DNA of 64,000 nt from Eukaryota sp. GEM-RC1. Lineage: Eukaryota. The stretch is taken from assembly GCA_040285855.1 (NCBI GenBank), contig JAUFOQ010000016.1:1984001-2048000 (forward strand), read 5' to 3'. Under the pieces are notes generated by a model. The model saw only the letters and a list, made by a program, of their open reading frames with translations. It was not told where the DNA came from and searched no databases. The translations under genes and the position numbers were made by a program. Of the stretch, positions 52,995-64,000 are shown piece after piece. Position 1 is the stretch's first letter. Each line of letters starts with the position of its first letter.

Positions 52995-53521
52995 CACTGT
53001 TCGAAAATTTTCCAACCGGGTGGTCACCGGGTGGCATTAAAGAACGAGACTTAAGTTTTGGTGCAAAAACTACTTTATACACCATATACGATTTTTTTTT
53101 GGAAAAACGTAATCTTTTACCGGTGGTGATGAAGTCGTTTGGATTTAATCTTAGTGTAATTTGTTTGTTTTTACAATTTCATAATTTTGTAGGAAGATTA
53201 CCTTAATGGGTACCGAATAAAGTCTTTACCTATCTATACGATGATACTGAAAGTACTATAGCAATGTGTGATATAAAATAACTAACGGTGAAGTACTGTA
53301 CCCTGTTTCGGTTTGGGATTATACAACAATCTAAAAAATATACAAATATCATGGCATTAGTCTCTCCAAACCTGGAAATAATTCCTGTTAAAATAGTTGT
53401 ATTCAGGACACGTTGAACAACGAAGTATGTATTCAAGAAGTCATGGATTGAAGATGATGGTAAGACCAAAATTTGCCACCCAGTACCACCCAGACACCAC
53501 CCGGGTGGTTATCAAACACTG
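52995..53521. mobile_element. Degenerate hAT-like MITE containing a family A retro tail (53155-53222)
   Basis: Imperfect TIR CACTGTTCGAAAA..CCGGGTGG / CCACCCGGGTGGTTATCAAACACTG with GGGTGG/CCACCC subterminal repeats. Nested GTAGGAAGATTACCTTAATGGGTACCGAATAAA. Confidence 0.55.
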
Positions 53522-53823
53522 TTTCTCTGACATTTAACATAATCTGAAAGCACTCAACACTTAGAATCTGGATTTATAAGTGACAGGTCACGAAACGATC
53601 ACATTTGTTAGGTTTGTTCAAACTGTGTTACTAGTATTTATAGGAAGCGGCAGATGTTCGTGGCTAATATAAAATTTCAAAATGATGGAATATAAATGAT
53701 AAAATAGTCTAGAAAGTTCTTTAAACAACAACTTAAACAAAAACCCAAGAAAAACCCAAGAAATGAACAAGGTCAATAACAAACGACCTACTAGAATAGA
53801 ATACAATGTACAAACAACTAGTC

Positions 53824-56800
53824 CTACTCAGCATTCATTAAAGAATTCCACAACTTTGACATATTCTTCATCACGTTTTCAGGAATTAAAGCCAAAACAC
53901 CTCGAGTTCTACGAACTTCGGCCAGCAAAGTCGTTGTCATTGGTTTAAACACTGCAAACCAAGCAAAAGCAATTACTGACAATGAAGAAAGGTTCAACAT
54001 TGTAGCTAAAACCCTCGTGTTAGAAATAGAGTTAAGAGTGGCCCTTTCGAATATAGAAGTTGCCCATGAAAATCCACTGATTAATTCAGGCATTATCACC
54101 GTGGGTTTAGTTGAACCGAAACTGTTCTGAGAATAATAACCCTCAACTGCATTCTCTAACCAACTAAAAAAGACTGTCGAGACCATTGATTGAGACTGAG
54201 TGACGGTCTGATTGGCATAAATCAGCATTTCTAAAGAGACAAGTCTTGTCGAATAAGAGATCTCTAAATTCACTGATTGAGCGACCGGAATTAACCGACA
54301 CTCTTGCAAAAGTAGCGGAATTATCAATAATTGAAGATACATCTGATATTTGAGAAATCATATTTCCTAGTTTGAAATGGGCATCATTTTTAAACAATCC
54401 ATCATTTTCAATAGTTTCAAGATATTTAAATGTTTGGCATGCCAGAGATTCTCGATAAGAAGATAGTCCCGTTGAAGCAAATAACGATGATACACTAGTA
54501 TTAGCCTGACCAACAACCACAACATTCAAAACTAAGACCAAAGAGATCAAAATCAAAGTAAATTTGGATCTTTTGGCTAGACTTTCCAATACTGGCATTG
54601 GTACTAGCTGTAGAGGATTCTGAGACTTGGGTGACATTACAATAGTAGCAACTTTGATAGTGAATTTGAAGCAGAAATGTAGGACAAAAAAGACGGCAAA
54701 AGGAAGAATATAATTAGAATATGCAAAGTGGAGTTGAGATCACTTGTTGATGTGATAGTATCAAAAATGAGATCACTCAGACGATCTGTATTTGTGAATG
54801 ATTTAGAAACTGCCTGTGAAAAGAGAAAATGGAATCGATTGTCGGTGATTGTGGATTGTGAAATTTTGTCCAATATTTCAAAATTAGAAGTTTCGTCAGT
54901 TTCATTGTCAGAGTATGCAAATTCAGGACGAGGAACATCCATTCTCGGAATCTGAACATTTAAAATATTATCAAAATTTTGAACAATATCAGATATCAAT
55001 GACGTTTCCACCATATAACTCGACAAAGGAACTTCCGCTTCAATATCCCAAGTAATATCTTTACTCATAAAGGGAATTTCAAAGGCGTGTAACAAATTAC
55101 GTTGTCCAACTGAGTAAACTAGCAATTTCAAAGACTGTAGATACGAAGTAAGAAACTCTAGACGGACTGATCGTGATAGAAATGATGACGATAGCTCAGA
55201 ATAGAGTAACAAATCTGGTTTCAATCGTTCAATGGATTCGGCGAATTCAATCAACGACGGATACTTGCCAAAAGAGCGAAATCAACCGTAGACCTTGAGA
55301 GAGAATAGAGCTCGTCGATTAGTCTATTTTGAGTTAATTGAAGATTGTTTGCCGAATCTATACGGGATACTGAGTTTGACACATTGTATCGATTATAGAG
55401 AAACATTGAGAGACAGAGTAGAATAAGAAGGATAATTACTAGAAACATAACAAATGTACGAAAAGAGAACTTCTTAACTCGAAAGTGTAAATTTGAAAAC
55501 AATTTACTAGTATTAATGCTGGCCCTTGTCGTGATGACGAATATGACGCAAACAAGACCAATAAATATGATTAGGATCCACACCGCGTAAAGAGTGAAGG
55601 CAATTAGATTGGCGGCATGGTCGAAACGATTAATATTTACCAATTCGGTTGCTTTGACTTCGAAATTTTTACCCAAAATTTGAATATTTTTGATCAATGA
55701 TGAAAAATCACGAGAAGTTACTGAACTGATTGAAGATGAGATGAGATCACCGGTTCCTGAAACATGAAGATGAGCCGAATTATTTAAAAAATGTGAAAAT
55801 GTTCGAGGAAATCCAAAGAATCGTTCATCTGGAATTTTGACATCATTTGTGATTGCATTGAATTCTACGACATCAAAATCATTAACATTTGAACTTTTTG
55901 AAATTTTCAACAATGACCTGCACCAATTTTCAAATATTGAAGTAACTTGGCTTAGTGAATTTAAATGAGTGTAATCAGATTTTGAAAACATGGAAAAAAC
56001 TTCAGGAAAATAAGTTAAATCAGGAAACACAGCTATACTCTTCAAAAATTCATCAAGATAAACACGTTTCTGACCGGTCAAATATCCGATTGTCGACCAC
56101 TCAAGATGATTAATACGATGGAAAGTCACGTTATGAACTGAAGTAACAGCATCCAATGACAGCTGATTCCTTTTCAAAAACGATTCAGTTGTTGACCTAC
56201 TTTGAAGAACAAAGAAAGCTCCAATCAAAACCATAATCAATGACGTGACTCGTAGGAAGTTCAATAATCCCTGTTTCAAAAACAAATTAATTTTCTGTTT
56301 AATAGAAGGGTTTTTTTTCCAAACGTCGAACTGCCCTCTGGAAACTGATGATTTTAAATGCTTGTTCGACATTACGTTAAAAGCAGTGAGTGCTTTAGAT
56401 GAATCTTGCTTCAAATGACGTTTCACTGGGACTAGAACTGGTTGTTGAGAAGAAGGGGATGATGACGTGAGTCTTGGGGAATCTGGTTGAGAACTTCCTA
56501 TTGATTGTGAGCTTTTAGAAGATTTGGACTTGGAAAGCTGTTGGTGGGATGTGAAACTGCCATATGAGTTGACAGAGTTCTCAGAAGAGGAAGGTCCTGA
56601 CCCTGATGGACTGTGACTGACTAGCACGGTGATCTCTGCTGAATCACGATCACGTGAGGTTGATTTTGACCGTGAATCTGACACTCTCTGAGTTGATGAC
56701 GACATCTTTCCTCCACCAGAAGAAGTCAAATCACGAGAAGAGGTCATAGCCGTTTGATTAGCTGACTCTGACGTGCTGGATAGATTCAAACTAGGCAAGT

Positions 56801-59605
56801 TATCAACAGATATAGCAGAAAGATCTAGCGAACCTACAGGATGTTCATTAGGAATTCCTCTAGCATCTTCATCTACAAACCTTGTAGCAATGATATGCTG
56901 AATGATATTCTTAGGAATTCGAAGCAGTAGGTTCAATGCAACATTTCGATTATACTGAACTCTAGAAAGAACAAACTTCAATGGCCCAATTAAAATGTAA
57001 ATAAACAGACTGATACAGATAAAACACAACAGCCCAACAAAGAACAGTCTAAAGCCCAGTTCTAAAGAGAATCTGTGTACCAAAGTAGAATACTCACTGA
57101 GGGAATTCACACTAAGAGCTTCAGACAAGGAGTCAATTGCAGTAGGGTTATGGTGGAATGAAAGTTGACTTAAGATTCTGGAAATAATGGTGGGAACCTT
57201 TAGTAGAATTGATGGGATGATTGAAGGTGACGTGGGAAGAAGTTGGGAGAAGGGAACTGTAAAGGAAACTTTGTAGTTGACTGCATCGAAGTTAATCAAT
57301 CCCGAGTAGCCAATCAAAAACCCAATCAGTTTTCCAATCACGTCAACAACGGTTGAGCCTAATTGGAAGGTGTTGTGAGACTCGACTTCCAGATTCAGTT
57401 GAGTGAGCTCTTCAAATCGATTCCCGCCAGTCACGTGATTGATTTGACTGACAGCCACGATACGTTGTCCTGAGATAACTAAATCATGTAGTAATTCTTC
57501 CTGATGATTAAACACAGTAATATCAAAGACTGAAACAATGATCAACAGAATCAAAGACAAAGTAAAGACAACATCAGTAGACAAAGACAGCACTCGAACT
57601 AAAGGATTACCCCTCAGAGTGTACTTTGAGGTTTTTAACTGGCAGCCCCCACAGTTCCCATTGATTCATCTGATTGCTCAAGGTGATTGCGTTGAGCTCT
57701 ATCATTCTCAAAGACTTGCATAGCTTCCTCCTGTTCATTATCTTGTTCTAAAGAAGACACTCCTTCTCTTTCCAGAAGCTTTCTTCTCTTCTTGGCCCTC
57801 TTACTTTTCTTCCGCATCTCCCTGAGAGCTCTTTTTCTATACTCCGCTGCCTTCTCATTCTCACCCAGCACGTCCTCTAAGAAAGAAGCAAAAGACTTGA
57901 GAAGATCAACTGAGTGGGAGAACTTCTCAATGAGAGCTTCGTAAGCTACTTTGGCCTTAGACGAAGCCTTGTCAATTTCATCAATAGCTGGAGAAACTAC
58001 AGTCAGTTTTACACTGTGAGATAGGAGATTGTTCCAGAACCGATGCATTAAAACTCTAGTAAGCTGATCATACTTCCTAGCTGCTGTATAATTCTTTTGA
58101 AACTCAACGAAATTCATCAAAGTCAATGACTTTCCTTGGGTCACGTTAGCTGACTTTGATATTTGCTCCTGAGTTTTATCCTGACAAAAGATAGTAAACC
58201 GTACATCAAAGAAAGGACCAAGCTTTCTAGCCGTGTTGATATGAAGTGCAGCACGCTTAGCATCATTCATATAAGACATTAAAAGATAGAATAAGCCACA
58301 TTTAAATAAGAAGATTGGGGGAACTTATCTAATGCAGCTTGATATATATGATTAGCAATCAGTACAGTCTTTGGGTTGACGTGACGACGAAGAAATCTAG
58401 TGGCTACTTCAACATCAGTAACAGAGGTAAACTTGATATCTTCTTTTAATCTTGCCACGTAAGCTTCCTCCCCATCAGATTTGAGTGATGCAGTGGGAGT
58501 TCGAGGTGAAGCCATTAGTTTAGTTCTTGAAGCTCCATTTACCAAGTCGTTAAAGTCAACGAAGTTCAAACGGTTAAATCTCATTCTAGAGAGGATCTTG
58601 GGGATGAAGTATCCCAGTGGTAGTGAGGCCATCCAAAGAAAGGGAAACCATTCACCAATGTTGAGGTAGAGAGATAGAACGGAAAAGACAGCTGAACAAA
58701 AGGCTATACCAAAGAGAGCACTTCTAATGGTGTTAAAGGTGGGGGAGTAGAAGGGCTGGAAGATAACAATGAAAACAATCATGAAGAGAGTGATGGCGAT
58801 GTGTACAATACCTCGAAGCAAGACTTGGTCGTAGAGAAGAACACTGGTGAGTACAAGGATTGAACGGAAGATGCAGTAGACACAGTCAACTCTGGAGTGT
58901 GGGCGAGCAAGGGGAGAAGTGGAGAGAGGGTCAGGATCGAAGTAGACTAGGGTCATGAGGATAGCAATGGCCATGAAGAGAGGGACTGCAATGAGAGCAA
59001 TGATGGCACCTAAAGAGTGAGGATAACTGAAGCAGGTACCCTCCCCAAAGACACTGTCAATGGTACGACAGTCAAGCATAGTGGTAAGAATGGTGAGGAA
59101 GGGGATATAGAGGATGGTAACAGCAAGAGCGATGAGGGTACGGAGGAGAGAGATTGGCCAAATGACAGTAAAACGGCCTTTTCGGAACACTCTAGCGACA
59201 TAGATCGCGTCTACTAGTATAATAAGCAAAATAAGAACAATAATAACAAATGAAGCAATATAAAGTGCCGGTCCCCACGTCCAAGAAAGAATTCGAAAAG
59301 TATCCCAGAACCATCTAATGGGTCTTACAACGTACTCTCCCCCAGTTGAAAGAGGATGAGAAGGCAAATGAGTTGATCAGAAAGAAATCAACAACAAGTC
59401 CAATGATTGATGCCTTTTTATGAACGGAATTCTGCTTGACCATGGCATAGAGAAGACCAAAGAGACTGATTTCAAGAGAAGAAGAGATTTGTTCGGCAGA
59501 TTGAGTATCATCACATTCCCAACGACGATCAGCTAGGTCGATATTAGCTTTAGGAGAAGGCTCTGGAAGAGTTACAACATCTTCCAGAGAGATGTTGTCA
59601 TCCAT
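53824..59605 (-). CDS. TmcB/TmcC (tiny macrocysts)-like large multi-pass membrane protein, six indels
   Basis: N-terminal TM bundle (WPISLLRTL..ILYIPFL, PLARPHSRVD, QPFY), TPR-like YEALIEKFSHSVDLLKSFASFLEDV, and C-terminal PMTTTLLAEVRRTRGVLALIP. Seven track ORFs join at homopolymers. Confidence 0.75.
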
Positions 59606-59657
59606 TTGAATGAGTCAGGAATGGAAGAATTTTCTGGTTCCCAAATGTCTTTCAGTC

Positions 59658-62000
59658 ATGCAACTTGATATAGATGGTCTTACAGTTGTTTTCCCATATT
59701 CTCATGTTTACCCAGAGCAGCTTTCTTATATGTTCTACTTGAAAAAAGCTTTGGAGCGTCGTGGAAATGCTACACTTGAAATGCCTACAGGTGCAGGAAA
59801 AACAGCTGCTCTTCTTTCTGTCACTCTTGCATTCCATATCCAACGGAAACAATCTGGAGAACCAGTAAATAAACTTATTTATTGCACACGAACTGTTCCT
59901 GAAATATCTCAGGTGATGGATGAACTGTCTCGATGTATAACAGCCTATCAACAACACCATCCATCAACTTCCTCTTTGAAGTGCTTAGCTCTATCTTCTC
60001 GCAGAGCTCTTTGTATTAATCCCAGTGTATGTAATCAAACAGTCCAATCGGATATAGACTCAAAGTGTTTCGAACTTACTTCTCCTTTAATCAGGGGAGA
60101 AGACATTGAAGATATCGAGACTTGTCCCTTCTTCATTCCTTTTAATGAAGCCAAAACTCACGATGTATCTCCTCCGTCCATCCCTTCTGATGTATTCTCT
60201 CTCAACAAACTCCGTGAGTACGGATCCCAGTGCTCAACTTGCCCCTACTTTTTGGCCAGGAACTCCCTCGTCTCTGCTGACATCATTGTCATGTCTTTTC
60301 TTTATCTAATTGACCCAAAGGTTTCCTCTGTGATTGAGTCTCACAAACTAGTAGAAAACTCAATCATTGTCTTTGATGAAGCCCATAATCTAGACGATCT
60401 TTGCATGGAAGCCTACTCAGTAGACCTTTCTCTTACCATTCTAGCTCATGTCACGGTGTCGGTGATTGAGCTCACTGAGAGGCTGAGTAATCTAAAGAGA
60501 CAGAGTGAGGTCGTGATTGAACAGGAGTTTCAGAAGGCGGTAGAACGGCAGGCAAAGGTTCTTGGGAATATATGTCCTACTGCAGTGTTACCTCGTGAGC
60601 TTCGGATCAAGGCTATTCCTTTTTCTCTTCGAAGAGCAGAGATGTTTCTGTCATTGGTACGACGGTTGGTGGACTTTTTTAAAAATTTATTAAAAAGTTT
60701 AACAAGTGATGATGTGGATAACAGACTGGATATTCAGTACAAACTACCGTCGAAATTCGTTCTAGATTTAGAAGATTCACTCTTTCTATCAAAAGATCAG
60801 CTTCAAGCTCTTCCAAAGTTACTTTCATCATTCATACATGTCCTAAATATCAAAGATGTCGGTTCATTCACCAGTCTTTCCTCCCTTTTGTCCTTCTGTC
60901 AACTGGTCTCCACCTATGATGAAGGAATGGTGGTGATATCGGAGCCCTCTTCAATCACTGCGGGGTTTATTCCAGTTTCTAGTTCTATTAAGTCTTCTGC
61001 TAGACTTCGGTGTGTCTGCTTAGATCCGTCTCTAGCTCTAAAATATATTGTGGGTCTAAATAATTCAATTGTTTTGACCTCAGCCACGTTGACCCCACTG
61101 GATTTCCTACCAAAAATTTTAAATATTCCAGTCCTCATTACTAAATCCATTCCGTTGTCCCTTCCTCGGTCAGCTGCTCTCCCTTTAATTGTTACTCGAG
61201 GAGACGATCAGTCACAGCTTAGTACCAGGTTCAGTGCTCGGAATAATTCTTCAGTTGCCAGGAATTATGCTCTTTTGATTGAGAAGATCATTGCTACCAC
61301 TCCAGATGGTGTCGTGGTTTTCTTCCCTTCTCATTCTTACATGTCTTCTTGTGTTGCTTTGTGGGAGGCGTTGGAAATGCTGCAAGTCTTCACAAAGTAT
61401 AAAATTTTAAATATTGAGAGACCCCAAGCTGCTGATATCATTCAGAATCACATTTCTGCGTGTTATTCTGGTCGTGGTTCTTTGTTGTTCGCTGTGGTAA
61501 GGGGGCGTGTTTCTGAAGGTGTTGATCTCTCTGGGCCACTTGCACGTGCTGTGATTGTGATTGGGGTTCCTTTTAGGAATGTAACTGATCCGTCTTTGAA
61601 AGCCCGGTTAGGATACACTTCAATCAAATACTCAATCAATCAAAGTGATTGGTTAGTGTGGGATGCGATGAGAGCAGCAATTCAGTGTGTTGGTCGTTGT
61701 ATTCGGTCAAAAAGAGATTATGGGCTGATTGTGCTGGCGGATAAGAGATTCTCCCGTAGTGACCGCGTTGATAAGTTGCCGTTATGGTTACGAAACTTCT
61801 GTAGTGCTGGGAACATTGGGATGAGTGTTGATCTTGCGGGGTCGGTTGCTAGTCATTTTTATAGAGAAATGGCGCAAGGAATTGATGATGCAAAGTTCAA
61901 GGGAATTCTGTTGACCAAGACCGAGGCAGTGTTAATGATTAGTGATTTAGTGACACAGTTTTGTTCTACATTTGAATCATATAGTGCAATGGAATCTTGA
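59658..62000 (+). CDS. ERCC2: XPD/Rad3 Fe-S DNA helicase (TFIIH subunit)
   Basis: MQLDIDGLTVVFPYSHVYPEQ, EMPTGAGKT, four Fe-S cysteines, DEAHN, TSATL, RGRVSEGVD and QCVGRCIRSKRDYG. Confidence 0.93.
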   Translation: MQLDIDGLTVVFPYSHVYPEQLSYMFYLKKALERRGNATLEMPTGAGKTAALLSVTLAFHIQRKQSGEPVNKLIYCTRTVPEISQVMDELSRCITAYQQHHPSTSSLKCLALSSRRALCINPSVCNQTVQSDIDSKCFELTSPLIRGEDIEDIETCPFFIPFNEAKTHDVSPPSIPSDVFSLNKLREYGSQCSTCPYFLARNSLVSADIIVMSFLYLIDPKVSSVIESHKLVENSIIVFDEAHNLDDLCMEAYSVDLSLTILAHVTVSVIELTERLSNLKRQSEVVIEQEFQKAVERQAKVLGNICPTAVLPRELRIKAIPFSLRRAEMFLSLVRRLVDFFKNLLKSLTSDDVDNRLDIQYKLPSKFVLDLEDSLFLSKDQLQALPKLLSSFIHVLNIKDVGSFTSLSSLLSFCQLVSTYDEGMVVISEPSSITAGFIPVSSSIKSSARLRCVCLDPSLALKYIVGLNNSIVLTSATLTPLDFLPKILNIPVLITKSIPLSLPRSAALPLIVTRGDDQSQLSTRFSARNNSSVARNYALLIEKIIATTPDGVVVFFPSHSYMSSCVALWEALEMLQVFTKYKILNIERPQAADIIQNHISACYSGRGSLLFAVVRGRVSEGVDLSGPLARAVIVIGVPFRNVTDPSLKARLGYTSIKYSINQSDWLVWDAMRAAIQCVGRCIRSKRDYGLIVLADKRFSRSDRVDKLPLWLRNFCSAGNIGMSVDLAGSVASHFYREMAQGIDDAKFKGILLTKTEAVLMISDLVTQFCSTFESYSAMES

Positions 62001-62130
62001 AGTTTAGATCAAGTTTTCTCGTTGAATATAACACCGTTGATATTATTAATTTTTAAATATTGTTGAAACAAGATATCCTCTTGCTGAAAACCTAGTAGTG
62101 TTTTGGTTGTTCCCCAATTTCCTACTTACA

Positions 62131-62524
62131 ATGCCCCAGAAAAACAGCCGTGTTGCACTAAGAAAAACTCCTCAAGCTATGGAGGAAGTGTCAGGTGAAC
62201 CTTATGAATTCTGTAGATTTCTTGTACACGATGACTTGAGAAATGTGTACATTGGAAGAACGTATGTAAACCTTCACAGAAACTCAACATAGACTTGACG
62301 AACGGGAAGCTCTCATCACTGGAGATGATATCGTTGAATTTGATGGAAACAAAAATTTCAAGGAGAAAGATTTTGTGTGGGCAAAGCTGCCTCACTCTAA
62401 CAGCCTCGCCAAAGCACATATAAAATCAAAGAGATCTAACGACAAATTTGTTGTGGAACTCAATAATGGAGAAGAGATGGAGATGTCTGCAGAAGATATA
62501 GCTCATCGATACATTTCAACCTGA
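62131..62524 (+). CDS. Small protein with C-terminal Tudor/SH3-like fold (intron 62262-62292)
   Basis: A 31-nt GTATGT...CATAG intron gives IGRT/LDEREAL...FKEKDFVWAKLP...AHIKSK...FVVELNNGEEMEM. Confidence 0.55.
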
Positions 62525-62583
62525 TAAATCATGTAAATAAATTCATATGGTCTAACACAAAGCATTTTATTGATAATGGGAGA

Positions 62584-62826
62584 TTAATCTTGCTTTGGAG
62601 CAACCGGTGCTCTATATTTCCTCTCTTCGAGAAATACCATGATGATGTAGGCGATAACCACAAGATGCACGGATGCAAATGCTATAACAGCTGATATGAG
62701 TCTTTTTCTTGAAGAAGGAAGGTCACGGGCGATGTACATAGAAGAAGGATAAGCTATAAGAGGAAAAAGAACGAGTAGTATACTCGTCACTATGAACTTG
62801 AAGATCGGTCGTGGAGGGTTCATCAT
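62584..62826 (-). CDS. VMA21: VMA21-like V-ATPase assembly factor
   Basis: Two TM helices (KFIVTSILLVLFPLIAY; SAVIAFASVHLVVIAYIIMVFLEE) and a C-terminal KQD. Confidence 0.75.
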   Translation of the reverse strand: MMNPPRPIFKFIVTSILLVLFPLIAYPSSMYIARDLPSSRKRLISAVIAFASVHLVVIAYIIMVFLEERKYRAPVAPKQD

Positions 62827-62872
62827 TGGAAGACTGGAAAACCTCAGAGCCAAAGTTAATTTTTTAACTTCA

Positions 62873-63328
62873 ATGATTGAACTAAACGTCGGAGGTAAAC
62901 TCTTCGCCACTTCTAAGGACACTCTTTCTAAAATACCTGATTCATATTTTGCTTCATTATCGACAGATAGTGACATTATCTTTATTGATAGAGATTTCAC
63001 ACACTTTCAGGAAATCTTGAATTTTGTGCGAGATGGTTCGGCTATCCTTCAATCTGACCAATTAGCGCTCCAGGAGATAAAAGCGGAAGCTGAATTCTAC
63101 AAATTGCCGGGACTTGTTTCTATTGTGGATGAAATGTTAAAGCAAGAGAAAGAAAAGGAACAGGGAGTCCGTACTTATAAGGTTTTTGAAATAGCAAAGG
63201 GCTGCTCTTCTAATGTAGAGCGCATCACCAATCAATATGCTACATATGGATATGTCTATGAAACAACATGCCAATCCAAATCCGGTGAAACATATCTTGT
63301 TCTTTCGGCACCAAAACAAAAGGAATAA
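62873..63328 (+). CDS. KCTD-type BTB/POZ domain protein
   Basis: MIELNVGGKLFATSKDTL...IFIDRDFTHFQEILNFVRDG...EAEFYKL. Confidence 0.9.
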   Translation: MIELNVGGKLFATSKDTLSKIPDSYFASLSTDSDIIFIDRDFTHFQEILNFVRDGSAILQSDQLALQEIKAEAEFYKLPGLVSIVDEMLKQEKEKEQGVRTYKVFEIAKGCSSNVERITNQYATYGYVYETTCQSKSGETYLVLSAPKQKE

Positions 63329-63387
63329 ATGTAATTAAGCTGTAAATGAAATGGAAGTTTATTTGATATGATTACAAGAGAAGGGAG

Positions 63388-63603
63388 CTATTCCCAATAA
63401 GAGGAGGAACTGAGACTGGAGCCTATCCCCAGTAGACCACCAACAAGGAAGAGTGTACCTGATATGAAGACCGGCGTGTTGACAGCAGACTTAACTGTAT
63501 CAAAGAAAGAATCTCCCTCAGCAATATCATAGGCAAGGAAATATGTTCCAATAGCAAGAACGACAAGGACGATGGAAAGCACCAGAAGAGTTTTTTTGGC
63601 CAT
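63388..63603 (-). CDS. Small two-TM membrane protein
   Basis: 71-aa ATG ORF with two hydrophobic helices. Confidence 0.5.
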   Translation of the reverse strand: MAKKTLLVLSIVLVVLAIGTYFLAYDIAEGDSFFDTVKSAVNTPVFISGTLFLVGGLLGIGSSLSSSSYWE

Positions 63604-64000
63604 TTGTAGTTGTGAGATGAGTTTTGGAAAGATTTCTATCTCTAATTGTTTGTTGGCTAATTACTGTTACGTCAGCATCAGCATCGATATGTACTTGAAA
63701 ATACTACAGTACATGTACTACTAGTATGTGTGTTGTACATAAATTATACGATAATCACGATGTGCCGTCTTCATTCTGTTATCATATCTACACTGTACAT
63801 TGCTCTGTAAGACACTGACTGCAAAGACTCATCCACTGTTTTCGAATTGAAGCATCTTTCTTTCCCGAACAACATTAGGTTTACTTTCTTTCCCAGTTTA
63901 GTATATTATAAATGTGATATAAGATGAAAAAGTGAAAGGATTTTGTATTGATAGCACAGAGTTTACTTCAGGATAAATCGTACATGACAGAGAACAAATA

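Noticed and set aside
62584..63000. Apparent overlap of VMA21 and KCTD ORFs (and an N-terminal extension of XPD from 59610)
   Set aside because: Homology begins at internal ATGs (62826, 62873, 59658). The extensions are ORF-caller artefacts.

Overview
This is a gene-dense, AT-rich window from a compact eukaryotic (protist) genome using the standard genetic code. Intron size and gene content suggest a metamonad-like lineage, but that is inference only. About 28 protein genes are present, including actin, alpha-tubulin, S-adenosylhomocysteinase, XPD helicase, ARF, importin-alpha, a mucolipin-like channel, an M28 peptidase, NAA35, HOOK, Canopy, VMA21, a VPS9 protein and a TmcB/C-like membrane protein. 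Genes carry very short (28-35 nt) GT-AG introns. Many are also broken by single-base indels of both signs in homopolymer runs, most likely long-read errors. Intergenic DNA is filled with 3'-end fragments of several families of non-LTR retrotransposons with a restriction-like endonuclease (RLE; CRE/R2-type) and with hAT-type MITEs carrying 8-bp target-site duplications. The most notable observations are a BTB-BTB-MIF4G-MA3 (eIF4G-like) fusion hidden by frameshifts, two RLE-only retro-cassettes sharing the same 5' breakpoint, and a bacterial-type 'putative sensor' membrane protein.
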